Assembly: GCF_003334385.1 (NCBI RefSeq)
Contig: NZ_QOWN01000044.1
Strand: one strand, 5' to 3'
Length of the DNA stretch: 37,124 nucleotides
DNA from: Escherichia coli
Lineage (GTDB): Bacteria > Pseudomonadota > Gammaproteobacteria > Enterobacterales > Enterobacteriaceae
Both the position numbers and the translations under genes were made by a program. The notes under the pieces were generated by a model. It did not search any database, was not told the origin of the DNA, and saw nothing but the letters and a program-made list of their open reading frames with translations. Positions within the stretch are counted from its first letter, which is position 1. Every line of letters starts with the position of its first letter. This document shows positions 1-11,188 of the stretch, in pieces.

Positions 1-41
1 AACGCGAGGCATCGTCTTAACGAGGCACCGAGGCGTCGCAT
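1..41 (-). CDS. Possible 5' end of a gene divergent from fabI (ycjD-like), clipped by the window edge
   Basis: Minus-strand ATG at 39-41 opens a frame (MRRLGASLRRCLA...) that runs off the window start. Position fits the K-12 gene divergent from fabI. Only 13 codons visible, so unverifiable here. Confidence 0.25.
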   Translation of the reverse strand, partial: MRRLGASLRRCLA

Positions 42-119
42 TCTTCAGATGGTTCAACCCTTAAGTTAGCGCTTATGGGAAAAGCGCCCCCCCTGCCGCA
101 GCCTGCTCCGGTCGGACCT

Positions 120-160
120 GGCAACTATAGCTACTCACAGCCAGGTTGATTATAATAACC
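120..160 (+). promoter_or_regulatory. Putative fabI promoter region
   Basis: Perfect TATAAT at 151-156, about 88 nt upstream of the fabI ATG, preceded by TTGATT. No clean -35 hexamer at 17 bp spacing, so the assignment is tentative. Confidence 0.3.
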
Positions 161-243
161 GTTTATCTGTTCGTACTGTTTACTAAAACGACGAATCGCC
201 TGATTTTCAGGCACAACAAGCATCAACAATAAGGATTAAAGCT

Positions 244-1032
244 ATGGGTTTTCTTTCCGGTAAGCGCATTCTGGTAACCGGTGTTGCCAGCAAACTATCC
301 ATCGCCTACGGTATCGCTCAGGCGATGCACCGCGAAGGAGCTGAACTGGCATTCACCTACCAGAACGACAAACTGAAAGGCCGCGTAGAAGAATTTGCCG
401 CTCAATTGGGTTCTGACATCGTTCTGCAGTGCGATGTTGCAGAAGATGCCAGCATCGACACCATGTTCGCTGAACTGGGGAAAGTTTGGCCGAAATTTGA
501 CGGTTTCGTACACTCTATTGGTTTTGCACCTGGCGATCAGCTGGATGGTGACTATGTTAACGCCGTTACCCGTGAAGGCTTCAAAATTGCCCACGACATC
601 AGCTCCTACAGCTTCGTTGCAATGGCAAAAGCTTGCCGCTCCATGCTGAATCCGGGTTCTGCCCTGCTGACCCTTTCCTACCTTGGCGCTGAGCGCGCTA
701 TCCCGAACTACAACGTTATGGGTCTGGCAAAAGCGTCTCTGGAAGCGAACGTGCGCTATATGGCGAACGCGATGGGTCCGGAAGGTGTGCGTGTTAACGC
801 CATCTCTGCTGGTCCGATCCGTACTCTGGCGGCCTCCGGTATCAAAGACTTCCGCAAAATGCTGGCTCATTGCGAAGCCGTTACCCCGATTCGCCGTACC
901 GTTACTATTGAAGATGTGGGTAACTCTGCGGCATTCCTGTGCTCCGATCTCTCTGCCGGTATCTCCGGTGAAGTGGTCCACGTTGACGGCGGTTTCAGCA
1001 TTGCTGCAATGAACGAACTCGAACTGAAATAA
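244..1032 (+). CDS. fabI: Enoyl-[acyl-carrier-protein] reductase (NADH), FabI
   Basis: 262 aa ORF with N-terminal GxxxxxSxA dinucleotide-binding motif ([16 protein letters not shown]), an SDR fold. Full-length match to FabI as I remember it. AGGA upstream of the ATG. Confidence 0.96.
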
Positions 1033-1051
1033 TCGTTCTGTTGGTAAAGAT

Positions 1052-1080
1052 GGGCGGCGTTCTGCCGCCCGTTATCTCTG
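1052..1080 (+). terminator. Putative intrinsic terminator after fabI
   Basis: GC-rich hairpin GGGCGGC-gttct-GCCGCCC (1052-1070) followed by a T-rich run. The U-tract is imperfect. Confidence 0.4.
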
Positions 1081-1175
1081 TTATACCTTTCTGATATTTG
1101 TTATCGCCGATCCGTCTTTCTCCCCTTCCCGCCTTGCGTCAGGATAACGATTTCCTTTACGACCAAGGAGCGCCC

Positions 1176-2303
1176 ATGGAACAACGCCACATCACCGGCA
1201 AAAGCCACTGGTATCATGAAACGCAATCCAGTACTACGGAGTATGACGTTCTGCCTCTGGTCCCGGAAGCCGCAAAGGTCAGCGATCCCTTTCTACTCGA
1301 CGTGATCCTTGAAAAAGAAACGCTGGCCCCCTTCCTTTCATGGCTGGACCCTGCGCGTGTTCTTGCAGTGGATTTGTTCCCTGACCAGCTTACCGTGACC
1401 CGTTCACAGACCTTCACCGCTTATGAACGCTTGTCGACGGCCCTGACGGTTGCTCAGGTTTGCGGCGTCCAGCGGTTATGTAACTACTATTCGGCGCGAC
1501 TTACGCCGCTCCCCGGGCCTGATTCCACCAGGGAAAGTAATCATCGGTTGGCACAAATCACGCAATATGCCCGCCAACTGGCTAGCTCGCCTTCTATTAT
1601 CGACAACCGATCGCGCCAGCATCTGAATGACGTCGGTCTTACTGCCTGGGACTGTGTGATCATTAGCCAAATCATTGGTTTTATTGGCTTTCAGGCGCGG
1701 ACAATTGCGACATTTCAGGCTTATCTCGGGCATCCGGTACGCTGGTTACCCGGGCTGGAGATACAAAACTACGCCGACGCGTCACTGTTTGCTGATGAAT
1801 CATTACGCTGGCGAAGCAGCTATGAGGTGGAAAAACTACCTGAAGAGCACACAAAAAGTTCAACTGCAGAACTTTGCCAACTGGCCGAAATACTCTCTCT
1901 CCACCCTATTTCACTTTCCCTTCTCGAAAAGTTGTTAAACAGCACACGGGGCAATACACAGCCGGATAATCAGCTTGCGGCGTTGTTATGCGCGCGTATA
2001 AATGGCAGTCCTGCTTGTTTTGCCACCTGTATGGATTCATCAAATGAATATAAAAAAATCAGCACCCTTATGCGCAAGGGCGAAAATGAAATTAACCAAT
2101 GGGCTGACCGTCATTCTGTTGAGCGCGCTACCGTTCAGGCGATACAATGGCTGACCCGAGCACCCGATCGCTTTAGCGCCGCCCAGTTCAGCCCTTTACT
2201 CGAACACGAAAAATCATCAACGCAGATTATTAATCTGCTGGTATGGAGCGGGCTGTGTGGCTGGATAAATCGCTTAAAAATCGCGTTGGGTGAGACATAT
2301 TAA
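1176..2303 (+). CDS. yciW: CMD-domain (carboxymuconolactone decarboxylase-like) protein YciW
   Basis: ORF track gives 1098..2303. I place the start at ATG 1176 (MEQRHITGK...), which is preceded by AAGGAG at 1165-1170 and gives 375 aa, consistent with YciW. Synteny between fabI and rnb. Confidence 0.8.
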
Positions 2304-2370
2304 CCTTGCCGCGTCAGACAGATTCGCGTAAAACTGTCAGCCGCTCTAATGGCCACCAAAATAGACAATT

Positions 2371-4305
2371 ATGTTTCAGGACAACCCGCTGCTAGCGCAG
2401 CTTAAACAGCAACTGCATTCCCAGACGCCACGCGCTGAAGGGGTGGTAAAAGCCACAGAAAAAGGCTTTGGCTTCCTGGAAGTCGACGCGCAAAAAAGTT
2501 ATTTCATTCCGCCGCCGCAGATGAAAAAAGTCATGCATGGCGACCGAATTATCGCGGTGATCCACAGTGAAAAAGAACGTGAATCCGCAGAGCCAGAAGA
2601 ACTGGTTGAACCGTTCCTGACTCGTTTCGTGGGTAAGGTTCAGGGCAAAAATGACCGTCTGGCCATCGTTCCTGATCATCCACTCTTAAAAGACGCCATT
2701 CCTTGCCGCGCAGCCCGTGGCCTGAACCACGAGTTTAAAGAAGGCGACTGGGCGGTTGCCGAAATGCGCCGTCATCCGCTGAAAGGCGATCGTTCTTTCT
2801 ATGCAGAACTGACACAATACATCACTTTTGGTGACGATCACTTTGTACCGTGGTGGGTTACCCTTGCACGCCATAATCTGGAAAAAGAAGCACCAGACGG
2901 CGTCGCTACCGAAATGCTCGATGAAGGTCTGGTTCGTGAAGATCTGACCGCGCTGGATTTTGTCACCATCGACAGTGCCAGCACAGAAGATATGGATGAC
3001 GCCCTTTTCGCTAAGGCGTTGCCGGATGACAAACTTCAGCTGATTGTGGCGATTGCCGATCCAACCGCGTGGATTGCTGAAGGCAGCAAGCTGGACAAAG
3101 CCGCGAAAATTCGCGCATTCACCAACTATCTGCCTGGCTTCAACATCCCTATGCTGCCTCGCGAGCTTTCTGACGATCTCTGCTCACTGCGCGCCAATGA
3201 AGTCCGCCCGGTACTGGCATGCCGCATGACGCTCTCCGCTGATGGCACCATTGAAGATAATATCGAATTCTTTGCCGCCACCATCGAATCCAAAGCAAAG
3301 CTGGTGTATGACCAGGTTTCTGACTGGCTGGAAAATACCGGTGACTGGCAGCCTGAAAGTGAAGCAATTGCCGAACAAGTCCGTTTGCTAGCGCAAATTT
3401 GCCAACGCCGCGGCGAGTGGCGTCATAACCACGCACTGGTGTTTAAAGATCGCCCGGATTACCGCTTTATTCTCGGTGAAAAAGGTGAAGTGCTGGATAT
3501 CGTCGCCGAGCCTCGTCGCATTGCCAACCGTATCGTCGAAGAAGCGATGATTGCCGCTAACATTTGTGCGGCCCGCGTACTGCGCGATAAGCTCGGTTTT
3601 GGCATCTATAACGTGCATATGGGCTTTGATCCGGCGAATGCCGACGCGCTGGCAGCGTTGCTGAAAACGCACGGTCTGCATGTCGATGCCGAAGAAGTGC
3701 TCACGCTGGACGGTTTCTGCAAACTGCGTCGTGAACTGGACGCGCAACCAACTGGTTTCCTCGACAGCCGCATTCGTCGCTTCCAGTCATTTGCTGAAAT
3801 TAGCACTGAACCCGGTCCTCACTTTGGCCTCGGTCTGGAAGCATACGCCACCTGGACTTCGCCGATCCGTAAATATGGCGACATGATCAACCACCGTCTG
3901 CTGAAAGCGGTTATCAAAGGCGAAACTGCGACGCGCCCACAGGATGAAATCACTGTCCAAATGGCCGAGCGTCGCCGTCTCAACCGGATGGCAGAACGTG
4001 ATGTTGGTGACTGGTTATACGCACGCTTCCTGAAAGACAAAGCCGGGACCGACACCCGTTTCGCAGCGGAAATTGTCGATATCAGCCGTGGCGGCATGCG
4101 TGTTCGTTTGGTTGATAACGGCGCTATCGCCTTTATTCCGGCACCTTTCTTACACGCTGTGCGCGATGAACTGGTTTGCAGCCAGGAAAACGGCACTGTA
4201 CAAATTAAAGGTGAAACGGTTTACAAAGTGACTGACGTTATTGACGTCACTATTGCCGAAGTCCGCATGGAAACCCGCAGCATTATTGCGCGCCCGGTCG
4301 CGTAA
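2371..4305 (+). CDS. rnb: Exoribonuclease II (RNase II)
   Basis: 644 aa ORF; N-terminal cold-shock-like region, central RNB catalytic domain and C-terminal S1 domain are recognisable. Length matches RNase II. Confidence 0.95.
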
Positions 4306-4315
4306 TCTCCTTTCA

Positions 4316-4349
4316 CGGCCCATTCCTCATGGATGGGCCGTTTATTTCC
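4316..4349 (+). terminator. Intrinsic terminator after rnb
   Basis: Hairpin CGGCCCAT...ATGGGCCG followed by TTTATTTCC, immediately 3' of the rnb stop. Confidence 0.6.
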
Positions 4350-4540
4350 CCGCTCTACCTTCGTTATATCCAGGCAGATTTTTTAACTGACTTTCGTTTG
4401 AAAACTGGCGTTTTTCCAAAACTGGATTACAAATAAATATATAAAAAAAACAATGCGTTTAGCCGCCGTTAATTTCATGTAAGTCATGTTGTTCCTTTTA
4501 TTTAACCGCGGACTCCGCTGTTAACCGGAGGATATGCATC

Positions 4541-6526
4541 ATGAAAACCGTTAGGGAGTCCACAACGTTGTACAACTTTCTCGGATCGCACAATCCATAC
4601 TGGCGGTTGACGGAAAGCAGCGATGTTTTGCGCTTTTCTACCACCGAAACCACAGAACCTGATCGTACATTGCAGTTATCTGCCGAACAGGCTGCTCGCA
4701 TCAGGGAAATGACGGTCATCACCTCCAGCCTGATGATGAGTCTGACCGTCGATGAAAGCGATCTTTCTGTGCATCTGGTAGGACGAAAAATCAATAAACG
4801 GGAATGGGCTGGCAACGCGTCTGCATGGCATGACACACCGGCGGTTGCTCGTGATTTATCACACGGGCTTTCCTTTGCTGAGCAGGTAGTTTCTGAAGCA
4901 CATTCCGCAATAGTGATTCTCGACAGCCGGGGAAATATCCAACGCTTCAATCGGTTATGTGAAGATTACACAGGGTTGAAAGAACACGACGTCATTGGGC
5001 AAAGCGTGTTTAAACTGTTTATGAGCCGTCGTGAAGCTGCGGCATCCAGGCGCAATAACCGTGTATTTTTTCGAAGCGGCAATGCATATGAAGTCGAACT
5101 GTGGATACCAACATGTAAAGGCCAGCGGCTGTTTCTGTTTCGCAATAAATTTGTCCACAGCGGTAGTGGCAAAAACGAGATTTTTTTAATCTGTTCCGGC
5201 ACCGACATTACCGAAGAGCGCCGCGCTCAGGAGCGACTGCGTATTCTGGCAAATACCGACAGTATCACCGGACTGCCGAATCGTAACGCAATGCAGGATT
5301 TAATCGATCACGCTATTAATCATGCAGATAACAATAAAGTTGGGGTTGTGTATCTTGATTTGGATAATTTCAAAAAGGTCAACGACGCCTATGGGCATTT
5401 GTTTGGTGACCAGTTATTACGCGACGTGTCATTGGCTATTTTAAGCTGTCTCGAACATGACCAGGTGTTGGCGCGTCCAGGTGGGGATGAGTTTCTGGTA
5501 CTGGCATCCAACACCTCACAAAGCGCGCTGGAAGCAATGGCATCACGAATTTTGACCCGCTTACGGCTCCCCTTTCGCATTGGTTTAATTGAAGTTTATA
5601 CCAGCTGTTCAGTAGGTATTGCACTCTCTCCCGAACATGGTTCAGACAGCACGGCTATTATTCGTCACGCCGACACAGCAATGTACACAGCGAAGGAAGG
5701 CGGACGAGGACAATTTTGCGTTTTTACCCCAGAAATGAATCAACGGGTATTTGAATATCTCTGGCTGGATACCAACTTGCGTAAAGCACTGGAAAACGAT
5801 CAGTTGGTTATTCACTATCAACCGAAAATCACCTGGCGTGGCGAAGTGCGCAGTCTGGAAGCACTAGTACGTTGGCAGTCACCTGAACGTGGGTTGATTC
5901 CACCGTTGGACTTCATTTCCTACGCCGAAGAGTCAGGGCTAATTGTGCCTTTAGGCCGTTGGGTGATTCTCGATGTCGTACGCCAGGTGGCAAAGTGGCG
6001 GGATAAAGGCATAAACCTGCGAGTGGCGGTAAATATTTCTGCACGTCAGCTCGCCGATCAAACCATTTTCACCGCCCTGAAACAGGTTCTCCAGGAACTC
6101 AATTTTGAATACTGCCCTATAGATGTTGAACTGACAGAGAGTTGTCTGATTGAGAATGATGAACTGGCACTGTCTGTTATTCAACAATTTAGCCAACTAG
6201 GTGCGCAAGTGCATCTGGATGATTTTGGTACCGGCTACTCTTCACTTTCGCAACTGGCGCGCTTTCCGATCGATGCCATCAAACTTGACCAGGTTTTTGT
6301 TCGAGATATTCACAAACAACCTGTCTCGCAGTCACTGGTCCGGGCGATCGTCGCTGTGGCCCAGGCATTGAATCTTCAGGTGATCGCCGAAGGTGTAGAG
6401 AGTGCAAAGGAAGATGCTTTTTTAACCAAGAACGGGATCAATGAGCGGCAAGGATTTTTGTTTGCCAAACCGATGCCCGCCGTCGCCTTCGAACGCTGGT
6501 ATAAACGCTATCTGAAGCGCGCATAA
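4541..6526 (+). CDS. pdeR: Cyclic-di-GMP phosphodiesterase PdeR (GGDEF-EAL protein, formerly YciR/Gmr)
   Basis: 661 aa ORF with PAS-like region, GGDEF motif intact (ARPGGDEFLVLA) and EAL motif intact (SLEALVRW). Confidence 0.93.
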   Translation: MKTVRESTTLYNFLGSHNPYWRLTESSDVLRFSTTETTEPDRTLQLSAEQAARIREMTVITSSLMMSLTVDESDLSVHLVGRKINKREWAGNASAWHDTPAVARDLSHGLSFAEQVVSEAHSAIVILDSRGNIQRFNRLCEDYTGLKEHDVIGQSVFKLFMSRREAAASRRNNRVFFRSGNAYEVELWIPTCKGQRLFLFRNKFVHSGSGKNEIFLICSGTDITEERRAQERLRILANTDSITGLPNRNAMQDLIDHAINHADNNKVGVVYLDLDNFKKVNDAYGHLFGDQLLRDVSLAILSCLEHDQVLARPGGDEFLVLASNTSQSALEAMASRILTRLRLPFRIGLIEVYTSCSVGIALSPEHGSDSTAIIRHADTAMYTAKEGGRGQFCVFTPEMNQRVFEYLWLDTNLRKALENDQLVIHYQPKITWRGEVRSLEALVRWQSPERGLIPPLDFISYAEESGLIVPLGRWVILDVVRQVAKWRDKGINLRVAVNISARQLADQTIFTALKQVLQELNFEYCPIDVELTESCLIENDELALSVIQQFSQLGAQVHLDDFGTGYSSLSQLARFPIDAIKLDQVFVRDIHKQPVSQSLVRAIVAVAQALNLQVIAEGVESAKEDAFLTKNGINERQGFLFAKPMPAVAFERWYKRYLKRA

Positions 6527-6673
6527 GTAGATGAATATATATACTTAGCGCTATATCCCGTCATTATATATCGTATTCCTGGATGATAATTAGCCGTTGC
6601 TGTTAAACACTTCTCTTTTAGCGGCAATTTTTGCATTATTCATTTTCCCCCTTTTGCTATAAGGATGTCCTTG

Positions 6674-6847
6674 ATGTCTGAATTTGATGCCCAGCGCGTT
6701 GCCGAACGTATTGATATTGTGTTAGATATCCTTGTGGCAGGCGATTACCACTCTGCGATCCATAATCTCGAGATACTTAAAGCAGAACTCTTGCGCCAGG
6801 TTGCTGAATCTACGCCAGACATCCCGAAGGCACCGTGGGAGATTTAA
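6674..6847 (+). CDS. yciZ: Small protein YciZ (UPF0509 family)
   Basis: 57 aa from the second in-frame ATG ([26 protein letters not shown]...). AAGGA at 6661-6665 sits about 8 nt upstream of this ATG. The ORF-track start at 6665 is 3 codons further upstream. Confidence 0.75.
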
Positions 6848-6936
6848 CAATCGTGCCTTCAGGTTTTCCTATTTGAGGATGCCCGGCGCGTCAGTATTTT
6901 TTTATTAAGTATTATAACGTTATAAGAATTACAGCG

Positions 6937-7686
6937 ATGAATTCCCGACAACAAACTATTCTACAGATGGTCATTGACCAGGGTCAGGTTAGCGTAACCG
7001 ATCTGGCAAAAGCCACTGGAGTTTCTGAAGTTACCATTCGCCAGGATCTCAACACACTCGAAAAACTGAGTTACCTCCGCCGTGCACATGGCTTTGCTGT
7101 TTCGCTTGATAGTGATGACGTCGAAACCCGTATGATGAGCAACTATACGCTGAAGCGTGAACTCGCCGAGTTTGCCGCGTCGCTGGTTCAACCGGGCGAA
7201 ACCATCTTTATCGAAAATGGCAGCAGCAATGCCCTACTCGCCCGGACTCTGGGCGAGCAGAAGAAAAATGTCACTATCATCACGGTCAGCAGCTACATCG
7301 CGCATTTGCTGAAAGACGCGCCTTGTGAAGTTATTTTGCTCGGTGGCGTGTATCAGAAAAAAAGCGAAAGTATGGTTGGCCCTTTGACACGCCAGTGCAT
7401 CCAACAGGTGCATTTCAGCAAAGCATTTATTGGTATTGATGGCTGGCAACCTGAAACTGGATTTACCGGTCGCGATATGATGCGTACCGATGTGGTCAAT
7501 GCCGTGCTGGAAAAAGAGTGCGAAGCGATAGTCCTGACTGACAGCTCGAAATTTGGTGCTGTACATTCATACTCCATCGGTCCCGTTGAGCGATTCAATC
7601 GCGTGATTACCGATTCGAAAATACGCGCCAGCGATCTGATGCATCTTGAGCACAGTAAACTCACCGTTCACGTCGTTGACATTTAA
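6937..7686 (+). CDS. yciT: DeoR-family transcriptional regulator YciT
   Basis: 249 aa; N-terminal HTH ([25 protein letters not shown]) and C-terminal DeoR sugar-binding-like domain. Confidence 0.9.
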   Translation: MNSRQQTILQMVIDQGQVSVTDLAKATGVSEVTIRQDLNTLEKLSYLRRAHGFAVSLDSDDVETRMMSNYTLKRELAEFAASLVQPGETIFIENGSSNALLARTLGEQKKNVTIITVSSYIAHLLKDAPCEVILLGGVYQKKSESMVGPLTRQCIQQVHFSKAFIGIDGWQPETGFTGRDMMRTDVVNAVLEKECEAIVLTDSSKFGAVHSYSIGPVERFNRVITDSKIRASDLMHLEHSKLTVHVVDI

Positions 7687-7702
7687 CCATTTCCCTTCTC
7701 TA

Positions 7703-7732
7703 CGGATGATTTGCAGTTTGGCAAATCATCCG
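7703..7732 (+). terminator. Perfect 12-bp stem-loop downstream of yciT (no U-tract)
   Basis: CGGATGATTTGC-agtttg-GCAAATCATCCG at 7703-7732, 17 nt after the yciT stop. Lacks a T-run, so it may be a Rho-dependent or RNA-stabilising structure rather than an intrinsic terminator. Confidence 0.4.
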
Positions 7733-7954
7733 CTCTAAGATGATTCCTGGTTGATAATTAAGACTATTTACCTGTTATTAACACTCTCAAGATATAAAAT
7801 TATTATCAGCGATATAACAGGAAGTCATTATCACCTGCGTGATATAACCCTGCGCGCGAGCAGATTTCACGGAATAATTTCACCAGGCTTATTCTTAGCT
7901 ATTATAGTTATAGAGAGCTTACTTCCGTGAATCATAAATTCAGGAGAGAGTATT

Positions 7955-8173
7955 ATGTTTGTAACGAGCAAAAAAATGACCGCGGCTGTTCTGGCAATTA
8001 CTTTGGCAATGTCTCTGAGTGCCTGTTCTAACTGGTCTAAACGGGACCGCAACACCGCAATCGGCGCGGGTGCAGGGGCATTAGGCGGTGCAGTACTGAC
8101 CGATGGCAGTACGTTGGGTACATTAGGTGGTGCAGCTGTCGGTGGTGTTATTGGTCACCAGGTCGGTAAATAA
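7955..8173 (+). CDS. osmB: Osmotically inducible lipoprotein OsmB
   Basis: 72 aa; signal peptide with lipobox LSAC followed by a Gly/Ala-rich mature region. GGAGAG upstream of the ATG. Confidence 0.93.
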   Translation: MFVTSKKMTAAVLAITLAMSLSACSNWSKRDRNTAIGAGAGALGGAVLTDGSTLGTLGGAAVGGVIGHQVGK

Positions 8174-8270
8174 TCGTAAATAAATGTCGATTATCGACTC
8201 GCAATTATAATACGCTTGATTCTGTTCAGTACGAAATAACTGAATAATACGCACAGTAAAATATTCGAAA

Positions 8271-8296
8271 GCCACGGATATATCCGTGGCTTTTTA
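8271..8296. terminator. Bidirectional intrinsic terminator between convergent osmB and yciH
   Basis: GCCACGGATA / TATCCGTGGC perfect palindrome followed by TTTTT on the plus strand and a T-rich run on the minus strand. Confidence 0.7.
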
Positions 8297-8298
8297 TG

Positions 8299-8628
8299 TT
8301 AACCGCCTGCGAGTTTTACCTTCATCCCTTTCGCTTCAAGTAGTGATTTTAATAAATCACGCTTATCGCCCTGGATTTCAATAACTCCATCTTTAACTGC
8401 TCCGCCGCAGCCGCATTTTTTCTTCAGTTCCGCTGCAAGTTTTGTCAGTTCGGCATCATCGAGATCGACACCGGTAATCAGGCAAACGCCCTTACCTTTA
8501 CGTCCACTGGTCTGACGCTGAATACGCACCACACCGTCGCCTTTAGGGCGTACAGGGGCCGCTTTGGGCTCATCAATACGTCCGGTTTCCGTTGAGTAGA
8601 CCAGACGGCTGTTGGAATCACTCATCAT
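8299..8628 (-). CDS. yciH: SUI1/eIF1-family translation factor YciH
   Basis: 109 aa from the first of two tandem ATGs ([17 protein letters not shown]...). Overlaps the pyrF stop (ATGATGA); the second ATG would give 108 aa. Confidence 0.9.
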   Translation of the reverse strand: MMSDSNSRLVYSTETGRIDEPKAAPVRPKGDGVVRIQRQTSGRKGKGVCLITGVDLDDAELTKLAAELKKKCGCGGAVKDGVIEIQGDKRDLLKSLLEAKGMKVKLAGG

Positions 8629-9362
8629 GCACTCCGCTGTAAAGAGGCGTTGATCGCTTTCAGCGTCTGCGCTGGATCTACCGATTGCGTTACCGGGCGA
8701 CCAATCACCATATAATCAACACCAGCCGACAACGCCTGTTCTGGCGTCATAATGCGGCGCTGGTCACCAGCTTCACTCCCCTGCGGACGAATGCCCGGCG
8801 TAACCAGTTTGAACTCCTGACCGAATACCTGTTTAAAGCGCACAGCTTCCTGAGCAGAACACACCACACCATCAAGGCCACATTTTTGCGTCAGTGCCGC
8901 CAGACGTTCTGCATAATCTGCAGGTGACAGTGTCATGCCAAGATCGACCAGGTCGCTGGCTTCCATGCTGGTCAACACTGTCACAGCAATCAAAAGCGGT
9001 GCATCTTTGCCAAACGGAACCAGTGCCTCACGCGCTGCGGTCATCATACGCGCCCCACCAGAGGCATGAACATTCACCATCCACACGCCTAAGTCAGCTG
9101 CAGCAGCGACAGCGTGCGCTGCAGTGTTGGGGATATCGTGGAATTTCAGGTCAAGAAAGATATCAAAACCACGCTGTTGAAGTTCGCGCACAAACTGTGG
9201 CCCAAACAATGTAAACATCTCTTTGCCGACCTTCAGACGACAATCGCGTGGGTCGATCTTGTCGACAAAGGCCAGCGCGTCATCACGATTATGATAATCA
9301 AGGGCAACAACCACAGGAGAATTCGTAACAGCGCGGGAAGAAGATGAAGCAGTTAACGTCAT
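8625..9362 (-). CDS. pyrF: Orotidine-5'-phosphate decarboxylase
   Basis: ORF track gives 8625..9422. I place the start at the ATG at 9362 ([22 protein letters not shown]...), giving 245 aa. Conserved DLKFHDIP active-site region present. Confidence 0.93.
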   Translation of the reverse strand: MTLTASSSSRAVTNSPVVVALDYHNRDDALAFVDKIDPRDCRLKVGKEMFTLFGPQFVRELQQRGFDIFLDLKFHDIPNTAAHAVAAAADLGVWMVNVHASGGARMMTAAREALVPFGKDAPLLIAVTVLTSMEASDLVDLGMTLSPADYAERLAALTQKCGLDGVVCSAQEAVRFKQVFGQEFKLVTPGIRPQGSEAGDQRRIMTPEQALSAGVDYMVIGRPVTQSVDPAQTLKAINASLQRSA

Positions 9363-9555
9363 GACCAGACCTTCTTGATGATGGGCACCGGAAGTGGCGC
9401 GAAACAGGTAAACGGCGAGCATTCTACCCGTGGAAATAAAAAATTAACAGTTGCGATTTCTCCCCTGGCAGGCTTTTTCTGCGCCGTCGTTGCCGGAGCA
9501 CAATGGAACATTAATAATTAGTATGTTGTAACTAAAGTCGGATTTTTTTTAAAAA

Positions 9556-10725
9556 TTACAGGCCATCAAGACCGCGAATCGGTTTAATGGTTGACCAGGC
9601 CCGACAAGACGGACAATGCCAGTAGAGGGTGTATGCGGTAAAACCACATTTCTGGCAACGATAACGAGGCTTACTACGTACCTTCTCGCCAACCATGTCA
9701 CGCAGCACCATCAGGCTCTCTTTTGCACGCCCTTCTTCCGCTTCATTTAAGTGGTAATCCATTAACTTATGGAACACACGCATGGTCGGATGACGCTGAA
9801 GCTGGCGCGTAATATAGACCTGTGCGGCCTCACTACCGTCGCGCGCTTCGATGATATCAGCAAGCATCAATTCAGCATCGGCACCGGTGTTCTCTTCCAC
9901 CGCACGCTGCAGGAATTCTGCCCATTCGGCAGTTTTACCCAACTGCTGATAGCAGGTTTGCAACATTTCCAGCGTTTCGCTGACCAGTTCTCTGTCCTGG
10001 GATATCACGCGTTGCAGACTTTCGACGGCTTTGGCGTATTCTCCTTTCGCCATAAACACGCGTCCCATCATTATGGATACGCGGGCGCTGTTTTTATCTG
10101 CCGCCGCCCCTTTTTTTAGCAAGGTCATGGCACGATCGAGATCGTCGCTGGCCATATGCTGCAGGGCTAACTCACAGTAGAAATGGGCAATTTCGACGCG
10201 CTGTTTATCTTTACCCAGCTTCACCAGGCGTTCGGCAACATCAATTGCTTTCTGCCACTCACTGGTAGCCTGGTAGATTTGTAGCAACTGTTGCAGCGCG
10301 CCAATGCGGAAGTCAGTTTCATCGGTCAGCTGATTGAACATGTCTTCCGCGCGGTCATATAACCCGGCGGCCATGTAATCACGCCCCAGTTGTTGAATCG
10401 CCAACAGACGCTGTTCATAGGTCAGCGAGGCGCTTTCCATTAGGGTCTGATGGATGCGAATAGCGCGATCAACTTCGCCACGCGAACGGAACAGGTTTCC
10501 GAGCGTAAGGTGGGCTTCAACGGTGCCTGTATCCTCTTTAAGCATATCGAGAAACAGGTCTACCGCTTTATCCTGTTGATTACTAAGCAGGAAGTTAACC
10601 CCCGCTACGTAATCACGCGACAAGCGGTTGGCTTCATCTTGCTTGTTTTGTTGCGCACTTCTGCGGCCCATATACCAGCCATAGGCAGCGGCTACAGGCA
10701 AAAGCAGAAACAACAACTCCAGCAT
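9556..10725 (-). CDS. lapB: Lipopolysaccharide assembly protein B (TPR repeats plus C-terminal rubredoxin-like domain), LapB/YciM
   Basis: 389 aa; N-terminal transmembrane helix, TPR repeats, and C-terminal CxxC...CxxC zinc-binding motif (CQKCGF...CPSC). Confidence 0.93.
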   Translation of the reverse strand: MLELLFLLLPVAAAYGWYMGRRSAQQNKQDEANRLSRDYVAGVNFLLSNQQDKAVDLFLDMLKEDTGTVEAHLTLGNLFRSRGEVDRAIRIHQTLMESASLTYEQRLLAIQQLGRDYMAAGLYDRAEDMFNQLTDETDFRIGALQQLLQIYQATSEWQKAIDVAERLVKLGKDKQRVEIAHFYCELALQHMASDDLDRAMTLLKKGAAADKNSARVSIMMGRVFMAKGEYAKAVESLQRVISQDRELVSETLEMLQTCYQQLGKTAEWAEFLQRAVEENTGADAELMLADIIEARDGSEAAQVYITRQLQRHPTMRVFHKLMDYHLNEAEEGRAKESLMVLRDMVGEKVRSKPRYRCQKCGFTAYTLYWHCPSCRAWSTIKPIRGLDGL

Positions 10726-10731
10726 AGAAAG

Positions 10732-11040
10732 TTATTCCTTCGCCGCTGACGAGTGCGGCACTACAGCCACGTCAGTCGCGGGTGAAAGCTGGTTTTCCAG
10801 TCGCTTTATTTTACGTTCAGCGCGCGCCAGGGAAACACGAACTCGCAGCCAGAACAGGCCACAAATCAACCAACCGATAGCAAACCCCGCAGCAAACAAT
10901 ACCGCCAGCAATGTGGAAATACGGTACTCCCCTTGCGCTAACAGATAATTAAACGTCACCTGTTGATCGTTCTGCGCACCCAACGTGACCGAAATCACGA
11001 AGATCGCTAACACCAGTAAGAAAATGAGTAAATATTTCAC
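10732..11040 (-). CDS. lapA: Lipopolysaccharide assembly protein A, LapA/YciS
   Basis: 102 aa membrane protein encoded immediately upstream of lapB on the same strand (6-nt gap), consistent with an operon. Confidence 0.9.
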   Translation of the reverse strand: MKYLLIFLLVLAIFVISVTLGAQNDQQVTFNYLLAQGEYRISTLLAVLFAAGFAIGWLICGLFWLRVRVSLARAERKIKRLENQLSPATDVAVVPHSSAAKE

Positions 11041-11188
11041 ATTACTTCCCGTTATGTGGTTAGAGCGAATAAATTATGGTCAACTTACCGCAATAGCCCT
11101 TTAAAGTACCATTTTCGCGCCGTCTGCGAAATGGCATCCACACGCATTGTTGATGATTTAAGGGCTAAATTCGGAAAATCAACCAGCG

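Noticed and set aside
295-981. 228-aa antisense ORF fully inside fabI
   Set aside because: Lies entirely antisense to a highly conserved, high-GC-third-position gene; no ribosome-binding site. Typical spurious antisense frame.
3388-3747. 119-aa minus-strand ORF inside rnb
   Set aside because: Antisense frame within the RNase II catalytic-domain coding region; no independent support.
4498-4950. 150-aa minus-strand ORF overlapping the pdeR start and upstream region
   Set aside because: Antisense to pdeR for most of its length, with no translation signals; the plus-strand PdeR frame explains the region.
9769-10119. 116-aa plus-strand ORF inside lapB
   Set aside because: Antisense to the conserved TPR-repeat coding region of lapB; product is low-complexity.
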